Below are positions 11,876 to 25,300 of a stretch of 64,000 nucleotides of DNA, one piece after another. Location of the stretch: NCBI RefSeq assembly GCF_036971445.1, contig NC_091469.1:240622001-240686000 (forward strand), read 5' to 3'. Position 1 is the first letter of the stretch; each line of letters opens with the position of its first letter. Position numbers and translations under genes: made by a program. Below the pieces are notes generated by a model. That model saw only the letters and a program-made list of their open reading frames with translations, was not told the DNA's origin and did not search any database. The stretch is from Narcine bancroftii (Eukaryota).

Positions 11876-14610
11876 CTTCACCACTTTATCTCCCCTTGTT
11901 CCCCCTCCCCTTCACCCCTTTATCCCCCCTTGTTCCCCTTCCTCCTTTGGTGCTTTATCCCCTTTTGTTCCCTCTTCCCCTTCACCCCTTTATTCCCCCA
12001 TGTTTCCCCCTCCCCCTTTGCCCCTTTTTCCCCCTTGTTCCCCTCCTCTTCCCCCTTTATTCCCTCTTGATCCCCTCCCCCTTCACCGCTTTATCCCCTG
12101 TTGTTCCCCTCCTCCTTTGCTGCTTTATCCTCTCTTGTTCTCCCTCCCCCGCTTCCCCCCCTCTTCCCCTGTTATGGATGATTTAGATCAGCTTATGCAA
12201 GAAGGGATGCAGTTGCATCAGAAGACATAATCTAATTTACAGCATGAGGCCCAGGATACATAAGAATTAGTGGACACACATCAAAATTCCACCATGAGGC
12301 CCAGAGATGCAGTTGTATTTTGTTGGTCGCGGACTGTCAGGAGAAGATAATTAAATCATTTATTCAAAGAGATAAGCTTTGAGTAAACAATTTTTTGGGT
12401 GATATAAGCCATGGTCCGACTGCTGAAGTGGAGACTCTGAGGGGTGGAAACGTTTCTCAGCAAAAAGAAGAACTTCTAGAGTCCAGCTAACGTCCCGGTC
12501 GGGGGAGGTGGAGGTGGAGAAGCTGCTAACGGCACCCCGACAACCTACTACAAGTGTGCGGTCATTGTCTCGCTTCGTTGATAAGTATAATTGGGAAGGG
12601 CTTACATATTGTAGTTTGAAATCAGCTTTTGAATTTGTAATAAACTGAACTGCTCTCGGTGTGGGTGTCTATTTTCTTTCAGTAGCTCAAACACTGTGAC
12701 CAATCTAAAACGAACAAAGTGAGAGGTACCCCCTCCCACTTTGCTGCTTTATTTCCCCTTACTCCACCACCCCGCTTTCATAGCCCCTTTATTCCCCCAC
12801 CCCTACCCTCCCCCTTTACTCATTCTGCCCCCTTTGCCCCTTTATTCCAACTCCACCTTCGCCACTTTATTGCTCCTTGTTCCCCTCCCCTTCACTACTT
12901 TATTCCCCCTTGTTTCCCCTCCCCTTCACCAATTTATCCCCCCTTGTTACCCCTCTCCCTTCACTATTTTTTCCCATTTCCCCTCCTTCTTTGCCCCTTT
13001 ATTCCCCCTCCCCTTGCCACTTTATTTCCCCTTGTTCCCCCTCCCCTTCACCCCTTTATTCCCACGTTCCCATCCCCTTCACCATTTATTCCCCTTGTTC
13101 CCCTCTCCTTCATCGCTTTATCCCCCTTGTTCCCCTCCCCTTCACTGCTTTATTCCCCCCTTGTTTCCCCTTCCTCCTTTATTCTGCCTTATTCCCCCTC
13201 ACCCATCCCTTTATCCCCCCTTGTTATCCCTCTCCCTTCACCGCTTTTTCCCCATTTCCCCTCCTCTTTGCCCCTTTATTCCCACTTTGCTGCTTTATTT
13301 CCCCTGTTTCCCCCTCCCCTTCACTACTTTATTCCCCCTTGTTTTCCCTCCACAAATTTATCCCCCTTGTTATCCCTCTCCCTTCACCGCTTTTTCCCCA
13401 TTTCCCCTCCTTCTTTGCCCCTTTATTCCCCCTCCCCCTTTGCCACTTTATTTCCCCTTGTTCCCCCTCCCCTTCGCCCTTTTATTCCCACTTGTTCCCC
13501 TCCCCTTCACCATTTATACCCCCTTGTTCCCCTCTCCTTCATCGCTTTATCCCCCTTGTTCCCCTCCCCTGCGCCGCTTTATTCTCCCTTGTTCCCCACC
13601 CCCTTCATACTTTATTCCCCCTTGTTTCCCCTTCTTCCTTTATTCCCCCTTGTTCCCCCTCCCCCTTCGTCCTTTTATCTCCCCCTTGTTACCCCTCTCC
13701 CTTCACCGCTTTTTCCCCATTTCCCCTCCTCTTTGCCCCTTTATTCCCACTTTGCTGCTTTATTTCCCCATTCCCCCTCCCCCTTTGCCCCATTATTCCC
13801 CCTTCCCTGCTTTATCCCCCCTTGTTCCCCCTCCCCTTCACTGCTTTATCCCCCTTTGTTTCCCTCCCTCTTTGCCGCTTTATTCACCCTTCACCCCTTT
13901 ATTCCCCTCACCTTCGCCCCATATTCCCCCTCCCCTTTTTCCCATGTTCCCCCTTGTTCCCCTCCCCTTTCCCCCTTCACCCCTTTATTCCCCCATGTTC
14001 CCCTCCCCCTTTATTCCCCCTTGTTCCCCTTTGCCCTTCCCCTTCCCCTCCGCAGCCCCCATGCCCCCAGCCACAGCCTTCATCATCCCCCCCGTCCCCA
14101 GCCACGTCCCACCTCCCCCCCTGGCTGCAGCCCCCATCGTCCCCCCTGTCCCCAGCCCCATCCTACCCCCCCCCCCTGACTGCAGCCTGCATCGTCCCCC
14201 TGGCCGCAGCCCAGTCCCACCTCATCCCCCCGGCCACAGCCCCGTCTCACCTCCCCACCCGGCCGCAGCCCCTGTCCCCCGGGCTACAGCCCCCATCATC
14301 CCCCCAAGCTGCAGCCCCCACTACCCCCCCCCCCCGGCTGCAGTTCCCATCCTCCCCTCCTCCTCCCCCCAGTCGCAGCCCCTGTCCTCCCCTCCCCCTC
14401 CCCCTGGCCGTAGCCCCCTCCCCCCGTCCACAACCCCCATCCCCCCTGGCCGCAGCCTCCGTCCCCCTTTGCACCGGCCGCAGTCCCCGTCTCCCCCCCC
14501 TCTGGCCGCAGACCTCGTCCCCCCTTCCCCCAGCCGCAGCCCCCATCCACCCCTCCGTCTGACCGCAGACCCTGTCCACCCATTGTCCACTATCGAACCC
14601 TTGTTTCCCC
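11876..14610. repeat. C/T-rich low-complexity degenerate tandem repeat
   Basis: tttattcccccttgttcccctccccttcac-type units grading into ccgcagccccc units. Its long Pro-rich ORFs are artefacts. Confidence 0.9.
12170..12728 (+). mobile_element. Probable LTR-like insertion within the low-complexity tract
   Basis: Normal-complexity block starting TGTTA with AATAAA near 12639, interrupting a C/T-rich repeat. Confidence 0.4.
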
Positions 14611-14837
14611 ACATTCCTGCTATTTTACTGGTTGTTTTCTATGCTTTTGTGCTGGACCTCTGAGGAGCCTGTCTACCTTCTCTACTGCATCATTCATCCA
14701 CACTCTTAAGTAACTGAGCCTCAGCCTCTGGTTAGACTTTCCAAATGCATCACCTCACGCTTATTTGGATTTAAACCCATCTGCCCAACTCTGCATCCTA
14801 TCTATATCCTCTTGCAAACTTTGATAATCTTCATCCA

Positions 14838-16850
14838 TGTAGTGCATCAAATGACTCAAACCAAAGCTTTTATTAACAAAAGACTGGAGTGTATTATATC
14901 GAGGTCAACCAGTCCAGACTGACCTGGATATGGTTAGGTGCAGCCTTTTATGACCTGGCTAGTAGGTGTAGCTATGGCTCTCAGCCAATTCATTATCTCT
15001 ATATGCAAACATATACAGTGGTGATAGGATCCCATATTACCACATTCACCCCTTCTTTAAGAACTGACCCCGGGGTGACTAAAAACAATGGGGTAAGAGT
15101 AGCATGCAGGGGTTACAGGCTGTAACGGTCGGGTGGCCTGATTGTCCGACATGATTGCCATGGTGTCAGGATCAGAGTGGCTGGTGGGGATGGTGCACAA
15201 TCATCGTTGGAGCCCCTGGGTGTGGGTGCAGTTTCGCCTAGTCCGTACTCATCATTGTCTGTATGCTGGTCCAGTCTACTGCCGTCGATGTCCGCAAACT
15301 GCTGCTGGTCCTGTCCCAGCATGTAACCTGGGGGAGGATTGGAAGGAGGATGGGGGACAAACATTATAATGTTAGATCCGGCTTGGGCCAAGTCCCTTAC
15401 CGAGACTGTGTTCTCCCATCCGTCCGGGTACTTGATATAAGCATAGTGTGGGTTCACTTGTAGCAGTGTTATCCGTTGACTACACGATCGTTTTTTGAAT
15501 ACCAGACACGACGTCTCAGCAGGACAGGTCCAGGGACCGTCAGCCAAGACCGTGGTCGTCCCCAATTCTGACTTCCGTGGGGATGAGAACATGCGTTCGT
15601 GCGGGGTAGCATTGGTGACAGTGCATTACAGAGACCTGATGGAGTGTAGAGCATTTGGAAGGATGTCCTGCCAGCAAGTGGTGGGGAGGCCTTTAGACAG
15701 GAGGGAAAGTGTGATCGCTTTCCAGACGGTGGCATTGTCCCTTTTGACCTGCCCATTACCACGAGGGTTGTAGCTAGTGGTCCTGCTCGAAGCAATACTG
15801 CGCTCCAGAATATACTGCCTTAGCTCAGCACTCATAAGCGAGGACCCCCGGTCACTGTGAATGTAACTGGGGTACCCAAAAATGGCAAAGATCCTGTGCA
15901 ATGCGTTAATGACTGGAGGCGGTCATGTCCGGGCAGGGAATAGCAAATGGGAAGTGGGAGTACTCATCAACCACCGTGAGAATGTAGGTGTTATGGTTGT
16001 CAAAGGTAGGGGCCCCTTGAAGTCCACACTGAGATGTCTGAAGGGCCGGGTGGCTTTTATGACGTGGGTCTTCTCAGGCCGGAAGGAATTGGGCCTGCAC
16101 TCAGCATATACGGGGCAGGCTTGGGTCATGGAGCGGATCTCCTCAACCATATAGGGAAGGTTATGGACAAAGAGCTCCTCATGGATTTTCTGCAGCCTGT
16201 CCAGTTGTATACTGGCGCATGTCCCACAGGAAAGGGCGTCGGGCGGGTCATTGTGTTTGCCAGGCCAGTACAGAATGTCGTAGTTGAAGGTAGAGAGTTC
16301 GATTCTCCACCTGGCGATCTTGTCATTTTTGATCTTACCCCGCTGGTTGTTGCTAAACATGAATGAGACTGCGAGTTGGTCGGTCAGCAGTGTAAAGTGC
16401 CTGCCAGCGAGGTAGTGTCTCCAACGATGTACAGCTTCTACAATGGCCTGGGCCTCTTCTCGACAGAGGAGTGTCGGCTTTCTGGGCCCTGGAGGGTCCT
16501 GGAAAAGAAGGCGACAGGCCTACCGGCCTGATTTAAAGTAGCTGCCAGTGCAAAGTCGGAAGCATCGCTCTCTACCTGGAAGGATATTGATTAATCTACA
16601 GCTTGCAGAGTGGCCATGGCAATGTCTGACTTAATGCAGTTGAAGGCCACTCTGGCTTCTGCTGACAACGACTTAATGAATGGCCATGCCTTGGCAGCGT
16701 ACTGTGGGACCCATTGGGCATAATAGGAAAAAACCCCAGACAGTGTTTTGGGCTGTGAAAGGTCCATGAGAGGGCGCATGCGGTCAGGATCAGACTTGAC
16801 CACCCTGTTTTCCACCACGCAACCTAGAATTGTCCCATGTTCAGGATTCA
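14838..16850 (-). mobile_element. Gypsy LTR retrotransposon 3' half (RNase H, integrase, PPT, 3' LTR)
   Basis: SYYAQWVP, KIKNDKIARWRIELS, LSVDFKGPLP, FGYPSYIHSDRGS, TTSYNPRGNGQV. Polypurine tract adjoins the LTR at 14838-15044. Confidence 0.93.
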
Positions 16851-16949
16851 AGGCGTAATGGACTCCATAAATCAGGACCTTCTCGCAGATCTTCCCAGTT
16901 AAAATGTCTGCTCATTTTGAGGACTGTGAATGGACAACTCCATTTTAAA

Positions 16950-17200
16950 CAAAATAAGGTCACAGTCTTAGAATTAGAAGGTACCCATTTAAAACAGAGA
17001 TGAGGAGAAATTTCTTTAGCCAGAGGGTCGTGGATTTATGGAATTGATTGCTACAAACAGCTGTGGCGGCCCGATCATTGGGGGAAATTATCTAGTCAGC
17101 GTAAAAGGCCGGAATTTGGAATTAGATGTGGAACTGGTTTAGCTCAGGGTGGAGTTGTGACACAGACTTGATGGGCTGAATGACCTATTTCTATTCCTTT
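16950..17200 (+). mobile_element. CR1 LINE 3' end fragment
   Basis: gaggagaaatttctttagccagagggtcgtggatttatggaat (RNFFSQRVVDLWN). Confidence 0.8.
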
Positions 17201-17261
17201 ACCCTCTCCTTACACAGGTTCAAGTTTATTATCATCTGACTGATACAACCAGAACAAAATT

Positions 17262-17500
17262 TAAATTTAGACATACAGCACGGTAACAGGCCCTTTTGGC
17301 CCATGAGCCTGTGCCACCCAATTATACCCAATTAACCTACAGCTCCTGGTACATTTTGGAGGGTGGGAGGAAACTGGAGCTCCTGAGGAAAATCCATGGA
17401 TATGGGGAGAACGTGCAAATTCCTTATAGACAACGTGGGATTTGAACCCCGGTCCCGATTGCTGGCGCTGTAACAGCATTTCACTAACCACTACTGTCCA
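17262..17500 (-). mobile_element. HE1/V-SINE-like SINE
   Basis: Same core and tail as the other SINE copies. Confidence 0.8.
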
Positions 17501-17719
17501 AGCTGCCCATGTATGAATATTTATGTATAAATATTTCAGAATAATTGACTCATTAACAGGGTACTGCTCATTAATCTCAGAACCTGCAGGAAGAAGCTAT
17601 TTCCCAGCCTGGCAGCCCTGATTTTGATGCTCTGATCAATCTTCTACCTGCTGGAATTGGGTCAAAGATGCTGGCAGTTGGAGAAATTCAGTGGTTCAGG
17701 CATCATCAGTGGGAGAAAA

Positions 17720-17984
17720 ATAATTGTAAACATTTCAGGCCAAGGCAGGTTTTCCCACCCTGACCACCCACAGATTGGAGGAACAACACCTTATTTTCCA
17801 TCTGGGCATTCTCCAGCCACATGGCATGAACATTGATGTTATTGCTTTCCATTAAACCTGCTCGCCCTTTCTTTCCCCCTCCCCCCTTTCCTGCCTTTCC
17901 AGTTTTTTTCATTCATTCAGCCCTGCCATCCCTCCTCCCCCTCATTGCTGTTGTCCCCTCCATCCTTTCTCCACCTTTGCCACC
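17720..17984 (+). mobile_element. Penelope-like element 3' fragment, resuming at about 18610-18750
   Basis: EEQHLIFHLGILQPHGMNID (GIY-YIG C-terminus) followed by a pyrimidine-rich UTR. tgatgaagggctcaagcctgaaa follows the nested insertions. Confidence 0.65.
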
Positions 17985-18210
17985 TGTGATAGTATTCTAT
18001 CACCAATGTTTATATGTACATATGTACAATGGTAGTGTAGGATGACTGTGATTGGCTGAGAGTGTAGCAACACCTACTGGCAGGTCTTAAAGGATTGCTC
18101 CGAGCCAGACCAGGTCATTCTGGATTGGTCGACCTACTTGTGATATGTTCCAGTCTTTTAGTTAATAAAAGCCTTGGTTTGGATCAACAAGTCTTTGGTT
18201 CTTTTGACGC
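17985..18210 (+). mobile_element. Gypsy-type solo LTR
   Basis: Begins TGTGATAG; same family as 8743-8980. Confidence 0.75.
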
Positions 18211-18608
18211 ATGTTATATGGCGAGCTCTCCACTGGCCACCGTGACAGAGGTGCACCAAAGAAAAGGTACAAGGACTGCCTAAAGAAATCTCTTGGTGCC
18301 TGCCACATTGACCACCGCCAGTGGGCTGATAACGCCTCAAACCGTGCATCTTGGCGCCTCACAGTTTGGCGGGCAGCAGCCTCCTTTGAAGAAGACCGCA
18401 GAGCCCACCTCTCTGACAAAAGGCAAAGGAGGAAAAGCCCAACACCCAACCCCAACCAACCAATTTTCCCTTGCAACCGCTGCAATCGTGTCTGCCTGTC
18501 CCGCATCGGACTGGTCAGCCACAAACGAGCCTGCAGCTGACGTGGACTTTTTACCCCCTCCATAAATCTTCGTCCGCGAAGCCAAGCCAAAGAAAGAAAG
18601 AAGAAAGA
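18211..18608 (+). mobile_element. RTE LINE 3' fragment with (GAAA)n tail
   Basis: ORF 18211-18540 matches the RTE C-terminus. Confidence 0.93.
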
Positions 18609-18759
18609 CACCACCCCTCCCCCCCCACCACTTTTGTTTGGAAGCTTGCTGGCTTTTTCTCATACCTTGATGAAGGGCTCAAGCCTGAAAGTTTGTCTCT
18701 GCTACATAAAGGACACTTTTAACAGATGAGCTTCTCCAGCATTTTGTGATTTTACAATA

Positions 18760-19260
18760 AATAAATAAATATTGTTTTATATATAGGAGAATCTCGGGTG
18801 GTGAGTGTGAGCAGTTCCTTTGGTCGTTCATCATCCTCACTGCCCGTGGGAAGAAGCTGTTTCTCAGCCTGGTGGCACTGGCTCCGATACTCCTGTATCT
18901 CTTCCCCAACGGGAGCAGGTGAGAAATGCTGTGTGTAGGGTTTAATGGGTCTTCAGACAACGATCCCAGTAGATCACGTTGACAGGAGGAAGGGAGACTC
19001 CAATGATCCTCTCTACCACTCTTGTGGTCCTGTGGATTGACCTCTGATCCATTTCTCTGCAGCAAACATACCACACTGTGATGCAGTCGGCCAGGATGCT
19101 CTTGATAGAAGGTTGACATCATGGTGGCAGGTAGCCTTGCCCACTTCAGTCTTCTCAGGAAGCGCAGGTGCTGTTGTGTCTTAGTGACAAGTGAGGAGAT
19201 GTTGAGTGTCCACGATAGGTCAATAATTAAGTGAACTCCAAGAAACTTGGTGCTGCGCCC
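18760..19260 (-). mobile_element. Rex1/Babar-like LINE 3' fragment
   Basis: TKFLGVHL..DLSWTLN..KTQQHLRFLRRLK..LLPLGKRYRSI..TRLRNSFFPRAVR. Confidence 0.82.
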
Positions 19261-20416
19261 AATGGAAAGCACCTTCTTTACCACCCTGTCCACCTGAGTC
19301 CACCTTTCAATGTATCCTGTCCCTGAACTCCCCAGGTCTCTCTCCGAGTACAGGGCATGACCACTTTTAAAAGAGGTACAGGAACATCAAAATTTATAGA
19401 TGCTGAACTCACCGGCTGAGTTCCTCCAGCATTTTGGTGTGTTTTCACTTTTTTTTCAAATCAGAACAGCCAGGTTGGGAAAAAGTTTCTTCACACATGC
19501 TGCAAGATTGTCAAATGGTATTCTGTAATTTTGGGGGTCTCATTAATAAAAGGAGTGAATTAGATTTTAGATTCAGCTTTATTGTCAGAGTACATAAATG
19601 ACATCACATTTGATGTCCTTTTTCCTGTGGCAGAAATACCCCTTATTGGTAGAGCACAAGAAACTGTACACAACATCCAATTATGGCAAGTTACCCTGTA
19701 ATTTTACTTTATATCTCATTTTGTCTATGTAAAAACAAAGTGCTGGAGAAGCTCAGCAGATAAAACTGTCCTTTAACCGACGTTTTGGGATAGAGCCCTT
19801 CATCAAATATGAGAATAGGCCAGCAGGCGTCTGAACAAAAGAGTGGGGAAGGGGGCAGCAGAGGCAGGAGATGATAGGTGGAGAAAGGAGGGAGGGGACA
19901 GCAGCAATGATCCCTCTCTCTTTTCTCCACCCATCATCTCCACGTCTCCCCGACAGGTGGTAGGTCAGAAGGTAGCGCATGAGAACTGCTTCCATCAATG
20001 CAGAGATCGAGGCCGGTTCAACAGGACCTTGGCATTGCAGAATGGATGCGATACCATGGGCCGTTGCTTGGACTCTTCCCTCCCCAAGCTCCTCACCCAT
20101 TTCTCCTGCTTTACATCGTCAACATTGCCGTGAAGCATTGTGGGCGACAGGCATGTGCGTTTCCTTGGCGCTGCAGTTCCAGCTGCGTGTGGGGATTATG
20201 TGTAATGAAGAGGACCATTGATTCCATTATGATCATTGCTTTCTTTCTCTGTTGCTCAACAGATGGTGGACAGGCGAATTGTGGCCGTTGGGTTCTGCAG
20301 ACCGAGCCGGATCTGAACCCTGGTAGGTAATGGTACCATTGGAAATGACATAAACCACAAATAAGAACTATATAATAAAAGCAGAAAACAATGGGACATT
20401 TAGGCAACGTCTAAAG

Positions 20417-20546
20417 CACTGGTTCTCAACCTTTTTCTTTCCACTCACATACCATGAAGTAATCCCTTACACAGGATGCCATAGGTGCTCTGTAAGGGAT
20501 TATTTCAAGTGGTTTGTGAGTGGGGGAGAAAGGTTGAGATCCCCTG
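20417..20546. mobile_element. hAT-type MITE
   Basis: TIRs cactggttctcaaccttt / aaaggttgagatcccctg; 8-bp TSD GTCTAAAG/GTCTAAGG. Confidence 0.8.
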
Positions 20547-21079
20547 GTCTAAGGGCTCAGACTCCATATCTTGACAATTATTTCTCTCCCCCCCCCCCCC
20601 CCCCACTAAAGCCCCTCGAGCCATTGACTTCCTCTAGCAGATTGGATTTTGCTTCAGATTCTAGAATTTGCCATGTCTTGAACCCGAGCCCTAATGTCAC
20701 CAGCATTTCAAGTTCGGTCCTTTCTGATTAATGGCAGAACTAAAATGTAAACTCATTCCTGCTTTTGTTCTGATTTGATTTCCAGCATCTACAGTATTTT
20801 ACTTTCCAAATATAAGAAGGTGAATTTAACCCTGAAAGGACACTTGATTCTTTCATTCAAGTATCTGAATTAACTGTGTAAACAAGCTTTTCTTCTGCCT
20901 TTCTCTCTATTTAGATAGGTCATCGCAACTTACGTTCCTTGGTGAGAGCTTTTTCAAAGACAAACCAGGTAATGGAAGGTACTCGTCTCGTGAATCATTC
21001 TGGGATAATTTCCCGATTCATCTTTGAAATATCCAAAGGCATGTTTAAAGGTTCCTGTGAAAGATCCTACCCGTATCAG

Positions 21080-21470
21080 TAGTGCAGTTTGCTTAGTGCC
21101 TAGTGCAATGGCATTATGGTGCCAACAGCACATCTGGTAGAAATCTGGTGCTGTCTGTAAGGAGTTTGTACATTCTCCCTGTGTCTGCCTGGGTTTCCAC
21201 AGGTGCTCTGCTTTCCTCCGTCTTTTCAAAAATGTACAGGGTTGGTAGGTTACATTTTTAAAAAACATATAACACGGTAACTGTCCCTTTTGGCCACAGG
21301 CCTGTCCCGCCCAATTACACCTATTGACTTACAAACCACAGTACGTTTTGAATGGTGGAAGGAAACCAGAGCCCTTGTAGAAAACTCAAGCAGATATGGG
21401 GAGAACGTATTCAAACCCCAGTCCCGATCACTGGTGTTGTAACTGTGTTGCATTAACCGCTACGCTAATG
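21080..21470. mobile_element. Two tail-to-tail HE1/V-SINE-like copies
   Basis: Plus copy at about 21080-21250 and minus copy at about 21270-21470. Confidence 0.7.
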
Positions 21471-22374
21471 GAACCACTCCAATCTCTTCACCCACTCAAA
21501 GCATCTACATCCCTCCTGTAATAAGGCAGCCAGAACTGAATGCAATACTTTATTCACAATGTAGTCCCTCCAGACTTTTCAGTTTTGGCCGATCTTAACA
21601 AACTCCATGCATTCTTTCCCATCAGTGGATAAAAGGAGATAAAAAGATTATGTTGAGACTCCATCCAAAGACAGGAATCAATGGGTTGTGTGTGGTGGGA
21701 ATAATGTTCTGAGATGTGTCTATTTCAATGCATGGAGTATTGTAGGAAAAGGCAGATGAGCTTAGAGCATAGATTTGCACATGAAATTATAATATTGTGG
21801 CTATTAGTTGCAGGAGGGGCAGGAGGTTCTGTTGTTTCAGAGGCTATAGAGCTGGAGGAATAAGAGGAAGGGGTAGCATTGCTAGTCAGGGAAAATGTCA
21901 CAACAGTACTCAGACAGAACACTCAAGCAATGGTCTACTGAGGCTATGTGGGTTGAACCTCCACTGATTCTTCTGTGACCCAGATATAATTTACAGGAAC
22001 AAATGAGTTGCTAGCAGGACTCTGGTATATGGGAGGACATCAGGCTCCTGGTCAAAACTCACAGTCACATGCAGATCCCACAGAATTCACACTCACGGTC
22101 ACAAATGAACCCTGATCACTGAATCAGGTACTGTCAAGTCCACATGTGATACAACATCCTGGAAGTATCCCTTCACTGGGAATCTCCATCCTGAAAAATC
22201 TCCCTGTGAGATCATCCTGGAAAAAAAATCCTCCCTGTGAGACTCCACCCTGGGAATAATTCCACCACCCCCCCCCCCCCAACCCCACCGTGAGACTCCA
22301 TTTTAAGTAAACTCCCACATGCTGTGAATTTTGATCCTGGAAATATTTGATTTCATATAGTTTTTTTAAAAATG

Positions 22375-25300
22375 TTTTATTTTTTTTCCAGATTTAAGCA
22401 CTTATCAACATTGTCAATGTTAACATTAATAATATCAATTCCAGTTGCAATTTACAATTGTCAATTTTATACAAAAAAAAATTCCCTGTAGAGTTCAAGC
22501 TTTTTGCTTCCCCTTCCTCGCCACCACCACCCTCCAAATTTCACACCTAATACTCAACCAATCACAATTACACCCAACACTTAGGACATTCACAGCAAAT
22601 GTATAAAATATACATCAGGGGCTTGTGGGTTTGTGCATCCTGGCATGCTGCGATCAGGCTGTTTTATTCTGACAAGTTCTCCAAGTTGATGTCTCCCCCC
22701 ACCGCACCACTCCCCCACCCCCACCCCCACCCCCGCTAATTGGGGGGCTGACAGGGAGGATGAGGCAGCCAGGCATGACAGACCTCCCTATAATTGTGTT
22801 CCGATGGAATTTAGGTATGGTTGCCAAATTTTTACAAAGGTGTTGTACTTTTTCTTTAAGTTACAAGTGATTTTCTCCAGGGGAACACAGTTATGCATTT
22901 CTATATTCCAGCGCGCAATACTCAGGCAAGAGTCGAACTTCCAGGTAACCGCTATGAATTTCTAGCCCACTGCCAATGTGATCATTACAAATTGAATTTG
23001 AAATTTGGACAGGGTCATCGTGAGCCTTATGACCATTATGTTTCCCAACGAAATAACTGGGTCCTGCGGGAATTCTATACCTATAATCTTTTCCAGTGTT
23101 TGACCCAGCTCCACCCAGAAAGTCTCACCTTGGTGCATTCCCAGGTTGTGTGCACAAAGGTTCCTGTCTCAATGCCACATCTGAAGCAATGGTCTGATAA
23201 TTCTGGCTTAGATCTGTTCATCTTTTGCAGCATCAAGTATAGCTGGTGCAAGAAGTTGCATTGCATCAGCCTGTACCGCACATTAATAATTGTAGTGGTT
23301 CTGGTCTGACAGAGGTTGGAGCAGCAGCGCTCGTCAATGGATATTTCTAAGTCCGACTCCCACCTCTGCCTTGACTTATGAAGGCCTGGTTTTGGTCCTT
23401 CTGCTTGGTGCAAGAAATACATTGCTGAGATAAACCTCCATGAGTTCCCCCTTAGAATCAGGTTCTATGTCACTCCTGTCTGGTAGGGCCATAGTTGGAT
23501 CTAATGTCCTGCATGAAAGATCTTATCTGAAGGTAGCAGTGGAACATCTTATTTGGTATATTTGTTCCTAAGTTGTTCAAATAGCATTAATCACCCCTGC
23601 TCATAACAGTCTTCTACACACCTGATGCCACCACAATGTCCAGGTGTCCAGGATCTTGTTACCCACCGTCAATGGTATTAGTCTATTTGGAGTCAGGGGT
23701 GACAGTCCTACTTTGGTTCCCAAATATTGGTTGATCTTATAATAGATCGAAATTATTTGTTTCTGTATGGGGCTGTTTGATTTCCAGACAACAATTTAGT
23801 ATCCCACTTATAAATAAAGTCCTCTGCTACATTCTCACCTATCACGTGCAGGCCAATTTGTGGTACACCTTCCTCCTCGAAGAGTGAGGCAATGTATCTC
23901 AATTGGGCTGCCCAATAATATTTCTTGAAGTCTGGCATTTGTAATCTGCTCAGACTGTAATCCCAGGTCAATTTTTCCATAGAGATCCTGGCCTCTTTCC
24001 ATTCCACTGAAATGTCCTTATTCGCAAAGGCAAATTTTGGAAGAATCCCCAGGGAAACACCACGGGCAGTGTCTGGAAGAGATACGGAAGCCTCGGCAAC
24101 ACATTCATTTTGACACAGTTGACCCTGCCCACAAGCTTAATGGGCAGGGACATCCACCTATTTAGGTCCTCCTTGATTCTTCCCAGTAAAGGGGTGTCAT
24201 TTAGGTTATTTAAATTATTTAATTTATTGTCTATTTTGATTCCTATGTATTTGATCACATTTTGCGGCTACTTTAGGTGACTATTTTCTTGGCATTGACA
24301 ATAATCCCCCTCAGTAAGTGGCATGATTTTGCTCTTATCCCAATTGACCTTATACCGAGAAATCTCCCCTTAGTCCTCCAGAGTAGAGCTCAGCTTGGAC
24401 AACAAGTTTGCTGGGTCTTTCAGATATATCAGTACATCATCGGCAAATAAATTGATGTTATGTTCTTCCTTTGATGTCTGGATCCTGGTGAATGGCTTCA
24501 GCCAGCAGTTCCATGGCCAGTATGAACAGAGCTGGAAATAGCAAGTATCCTTATCTACTTGATATTGTCAATGGGAAAGCAGTAGGAATTTGTCCGTTGG
24601 TCACAACTTTAGCCTTGGGCATTTGGTACAGCGCCTTTATCCAATTTATAAAAGTTGGCCCTAGCCCCAATTTTCCCAGCATTTTAAATAGAAAGTCCCA
24701 GTCCTGTCAAATGCCTTTTCTGCATCCAGGGCCACAGCCAGACCCCTCTCATTTCCGGTTTGAGCCAGATGCATTATTCTGAGCAGTCCCCCAATGTTAT
24801 CCACTGCCTGTCTTTTTTGCACAAAGCCTGCTTGGTCTTTATTAATTTCAGCAAATGCCTCACCAATCTATTTGCCAGGGCTTTGATAAGTATCGTATAG
24901 TCTGTGTTCATCAATGAGATAGACCTATAAGAAGATGGCATTAGCACATCTTTTGTCTTTATTTAGGATCGTCATGAATATTGCAGGAGGGTTTGGTTCT
25001 CCATTGCCTGGTCTACCACCTCCATATAGAGAAGCATCAATAGATCTTTAAATTCCTTATAAAACCTGGGTGGATACCCATCTTCCCCTGAAGACTTGTT
25101 CGTCTGCAGAGAGTTAACTTCTTCTGTGAAGGGACAATCTAGGCCCTCCTGTTCTTCTGGGTCTAAATATGTTAACTCTACTTTAGACAGGAACTCATCA
25201 GTTTTACCTGACCTACCATTTCTGATTTATATAAACTCTCATAGAATTCGTTAATCTCTTTTGGCTTCTACGAGATCCTGTCATTTCAGTTTGTATCGCA

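Noticed and set aside
12719-14663. Pro/Phe-rich 486-640 aa ORFs
   Set aside because: C/T low-complexity DNA, open in all three frames.
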